Assembly (NCBI GenBank): GCA_947074125.1
Contig: CAMTOM010000001.1
Coordinates: 1 to 25,792 of the forward strand
Reading direction: 5' to 3'
Length of the DNA stretch: 25,792 nt
DNA from: an uncultured Desulfovibrionaceae bacterium
GTDB taxonomy: Bacteria; Desulfobacterota; Desulfovibrionia; Desulfovibrionales; Desulfovibrionaceae
Of this stretch, positions 23,949 through 25,792 are shown piece after piece (within the stretch, counting starts at the first letter, position 1; each line of letters begins with the position of its first letter). A program made the translations under genes and the position numbers. A model generated the notes under the pieces. It saw nothing but the letters and a program-made list of their open reading frames with translations. It did not search any database and had not been told where the DNA came from.

Positions 23949-24770
23949 ATGAAATCAATCATAGCGGAACGATTGAACGTGCAATTTTCCCCTGTAGCCA
24001 TTGCCATGACGGATGAAAAGCCAGAAAACGCCCTTCAGTTCAAAGAAGGTAAATGGGGCTGTGTGATGTTCATGTACGCCAATGTTGCCAAGGGCAAAAC
24101 GGCGGCCTTTGATATTGCGACCTGTGGTTGTTGGGGAGGAGGTGTTGGCTTATGCTTTGGCAATACCTACCTTGGATTCCCTGGGGGTCTTGAGGGATTC
24201 GCAGGATTTTTGTCTTCAGGCAATGGGGGCACAGAAGAAGGCAGAAACATGGCTGCCATACTTGAATCTGCCGCAGGAAAGGATTTTAGTGACGACTATC
24301 TGCACGGCGAATGCTTCAAACAAAATCCACAATTGGTGCATCAATGGATTAACGAACTGCCTCTTCAGGAAAACGCCAAAAAGTACACTGTTCTCAGACC
24401 ACTTGCAGAATATCCTGACGATGCAGAGCCGCCCGCCGCAGTTTCATTTGTCGTGAACGCGCTTCAGCTCTCTGCCCTCACCATACTTGCCAATTATGGA
24501 CGTGAGGGACGTGAAAATGTCTGTATTCCCTGGGCTGCGGGCTGCCAGCTTATCGCCTTGCTTCCCATCGCAGAAGGACTCTCAGACAAGCCACGAGCCG
24601 TCATTGGACTGACCGATCTTTCAGCTCGCAAAGCGGTTCGCAAGCTGCTGGGAGAAGACTGCCTGACCTTCAGCATGCCCTATCAGATGTATCAGGAAAT
24701 GGAGCGGCATGTGCAGGGCAGTTTCTTTGACCGCCCCCTGCTACAAGCGTTACTCTCTCAAAGTCTTTAG
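23949..24770 (+). CDS. DUF169-family protein
   Basis: SD GAGGAG before ATG23949. Motifs SPVAI, KWGCVM, CGCWGGGVGLCFG, NALQLSAL..LANY, GCQ and AVIGLTDLSAR. Confidence 0.8.
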   Translation: MKSIIAERLNVQFSPVAIAMTDEKPENALQFKEGKWGCVMFMYANVAKGKTAAFDIATCGCWGGGVGLCFGNTYLGFPGGLEGFAGFLSSGNGGTEEGRNMAAILESAAGKDFSDDYLHGECFKQNPQLVHQWINELPLQENAKKYTVLRPLAEYPDDAEPPAAVSFVVNALQLSALTILANYGREGRENVCIPWAAGCQLIALLPIAEGLSDKPRAVIGLTDLSARKAVRKLLGEDCLTFSMPYQMYQEMERHVQGSFFDRPLLQALLSQSL

Positions 24771-24869
24771 CCCCTGCAGGCTCATGGTGTGACGCCACGA
24801 TCACATTCGCGCCATCATGAGCCTATAAAACAATGTACTATATAATTGATAAATAATATATATTTTAGA

Positions 24870-24898
24870 TTGACTTTTTTGTGAAAATCATTCATAAA
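24870..24898 (+). promoter_or_regulatory. repressor-gene promoter with overlapping operator-like palindrome
   Basis: TTGACT (24870-24875), 17 bp, CATAAA (24893-24898; imperfect -10). Palindrome TTTGTGAA-N5-TTCATAAA at 24878-24898. Confidence 0.5.
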
Positions 24899-24904
24899 TG
24901 AGGC

Positions 24905-25660
24905 ATGAAACAGGCAAGCACAGATATACTTGATCATTTGCTCCATCTTTTTGGCTTTACCCGTGATATCCAACTCGCCACAAAGCTTGGGGTCTCACCA
25001 CAGGCCATAAGTCAGGCACGGCGGAAGAATAAAATCCCCGAATCCTGGCTCTTGCGCATTGCCAGAACAGACAATATTTCTCTCGACGCCCTGCTTGCGT
25101 CTACCCCGCAGCATTCTCTCAACGAATCGCTTCTCACGCCAGTACCACAGTCAACACAAGCACAACCGCACACCCCGCTTCTCTCCTCTCCTCCTGTGCA
25201 GGCGCAGCTTATGCGCCCACAAAGCAGCCAGTCTGATATTGATTTCTTACTAGTTCCTTTAGTCGCTGCCCGTCTTTCTGCCGGTGCAGGAAGTCTGGAG
25301 TCTGAAAGTGAAATTCTCGACCATTTCGCATTCCAGCGTGACTGGCTTGCACGTAAAGGGAATCCAGACCAGATGGTTCTCATGCGCGTTTATGGCGACA
25401 GTATGGAGCCCACAATTCGCCATAACGATATGGTACTTGTCGATCAGGGCAAGACACATATTGTGCCGCATACGATTTATGCTGTGGGCTTTAATGAAGA
25501 AATTTATATCAAGCAGCTTGAAACCCTCCCAGGGCACCGCATGATTCTGCGCAGTCACAATGAACGCTATGACCCTATTGAGGTTAACCTGCGTAACGCC
25601 GAGGCAGACAATGCTGTGCGCATCATTGGAAAAATCATCTGGTGGTGTCGGGAGGCATAG
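24905..25660 (+). CDS. CI/LexA-like repressor: phage-CI-type HTH plus S24 autopeptidase
   Basis: HTH QLATKLGVSPQAISQARRKNKIPESWL, Pro/Gln/Ser linker, cleavage-site region LSAGAG, catalytic Ser GDSMEP and catalytic Lys IYIKQL. Confidence 0.92.
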   Translation: MKQASTDILDHLLHLFGFTRDIQLATKLGVSPQAISQARRKNKIPESWLLRIARTDNISLDALLASTPQHSLNESLLTPVPQSTQAQPHTPLLSSPPVQAQLMRPQSSQSDIDFLLVPLVAARLSAGAGSLESESEILDHFAFQRDWLARKGNPDQMVLMRVYGDSMEPTIRHNDMVLVDQGKTHIVPHTIYAVGFNEEIYIKQLETLPGHRMILRSHNERYDPIEVNLRNAEADNAVRIIGKIIWWCREA

Positions 25661-25754
25661 CGAAGCTTTCTATTATTGCCTATTTAGTAAAATATATCAC
25701 CAAACAACATTACTCTGCTTCTCAAAATCTAAGAATATCTGCTCCGCAAGGGTT

Positions 25755-25792
25755 AAGGAATTGTGGGGGGTTGCACCCCCTGCGAATCCCTT
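25755..25792. repeat. imperfect GC-core palindrome at the window end (REP-like candidate)
   Basis: AAGGAATT-GTGGGGGG-TTGCA-CCCCCTGC-GAATCCCTT folds back on itself and may continue past the window. Confidence 0.4.

Noticed and set aside
24905-25792. Prophage or integrative element called from the CI-like gene
   Set aside because: No integrase, cro-like divergent gene, att repeat or structural gene is visible in the window; the question stays open to the right of the edge.
1-25792. CRISPR arrays, tRNA/rRNA genes, IS transposases
   Set aside because: No regularly spaced direct repeats, cloverleaf/T-loop motifs or transposase motifs were found by eye.

Overview
Chromosomal window from a sulfate-reducing Desulfovibrionaceae bacterium; the DsrA, DsrB and DsrD sequences are Desulfovibrio-like and dsrD is a separate gene. 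Gene order, left to right: the 3' part of an ABC ATPase (TupC-like); a yedE-yedF-DUF3343-ribokinase-fold module of the selenium/sulfur-trafficking type; a minus-strand run of hybrid histidine kinase, DegT aminotransferase and GT2; a DMT transporter; rlpA and two conserved-looking unknown genes divergent from dsrABD-dsrN; three exported proteins (two lipoproteins and a permuted NlpC/P60 amidase); tsf-rpsB with a t44-like leader; a periplasmic unknown; a 58-aa gene missed by the ORF track; DUF169; and a CI/LexA-like S24 repressor. I saw no tRNA, rRNA, CRISPR array, IS or phage structural gene. The most striking unexplained feature is the ~300-nt leader of yedE. It has a near-consensus sigma70 promoter, then an SD-equipped upstream ORF with an in-frame UGA. 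That UGA is followed by a hairpin whose GGU loop sits at the same positions (22-24) as in the E. coli fdhF SECIS, and then by a pyrimidine-rich tract. This may be a selenocysteine-sensing leader-peptide attenuator. All calls come from reading the sequence by eye; no searches or folding programs were run.
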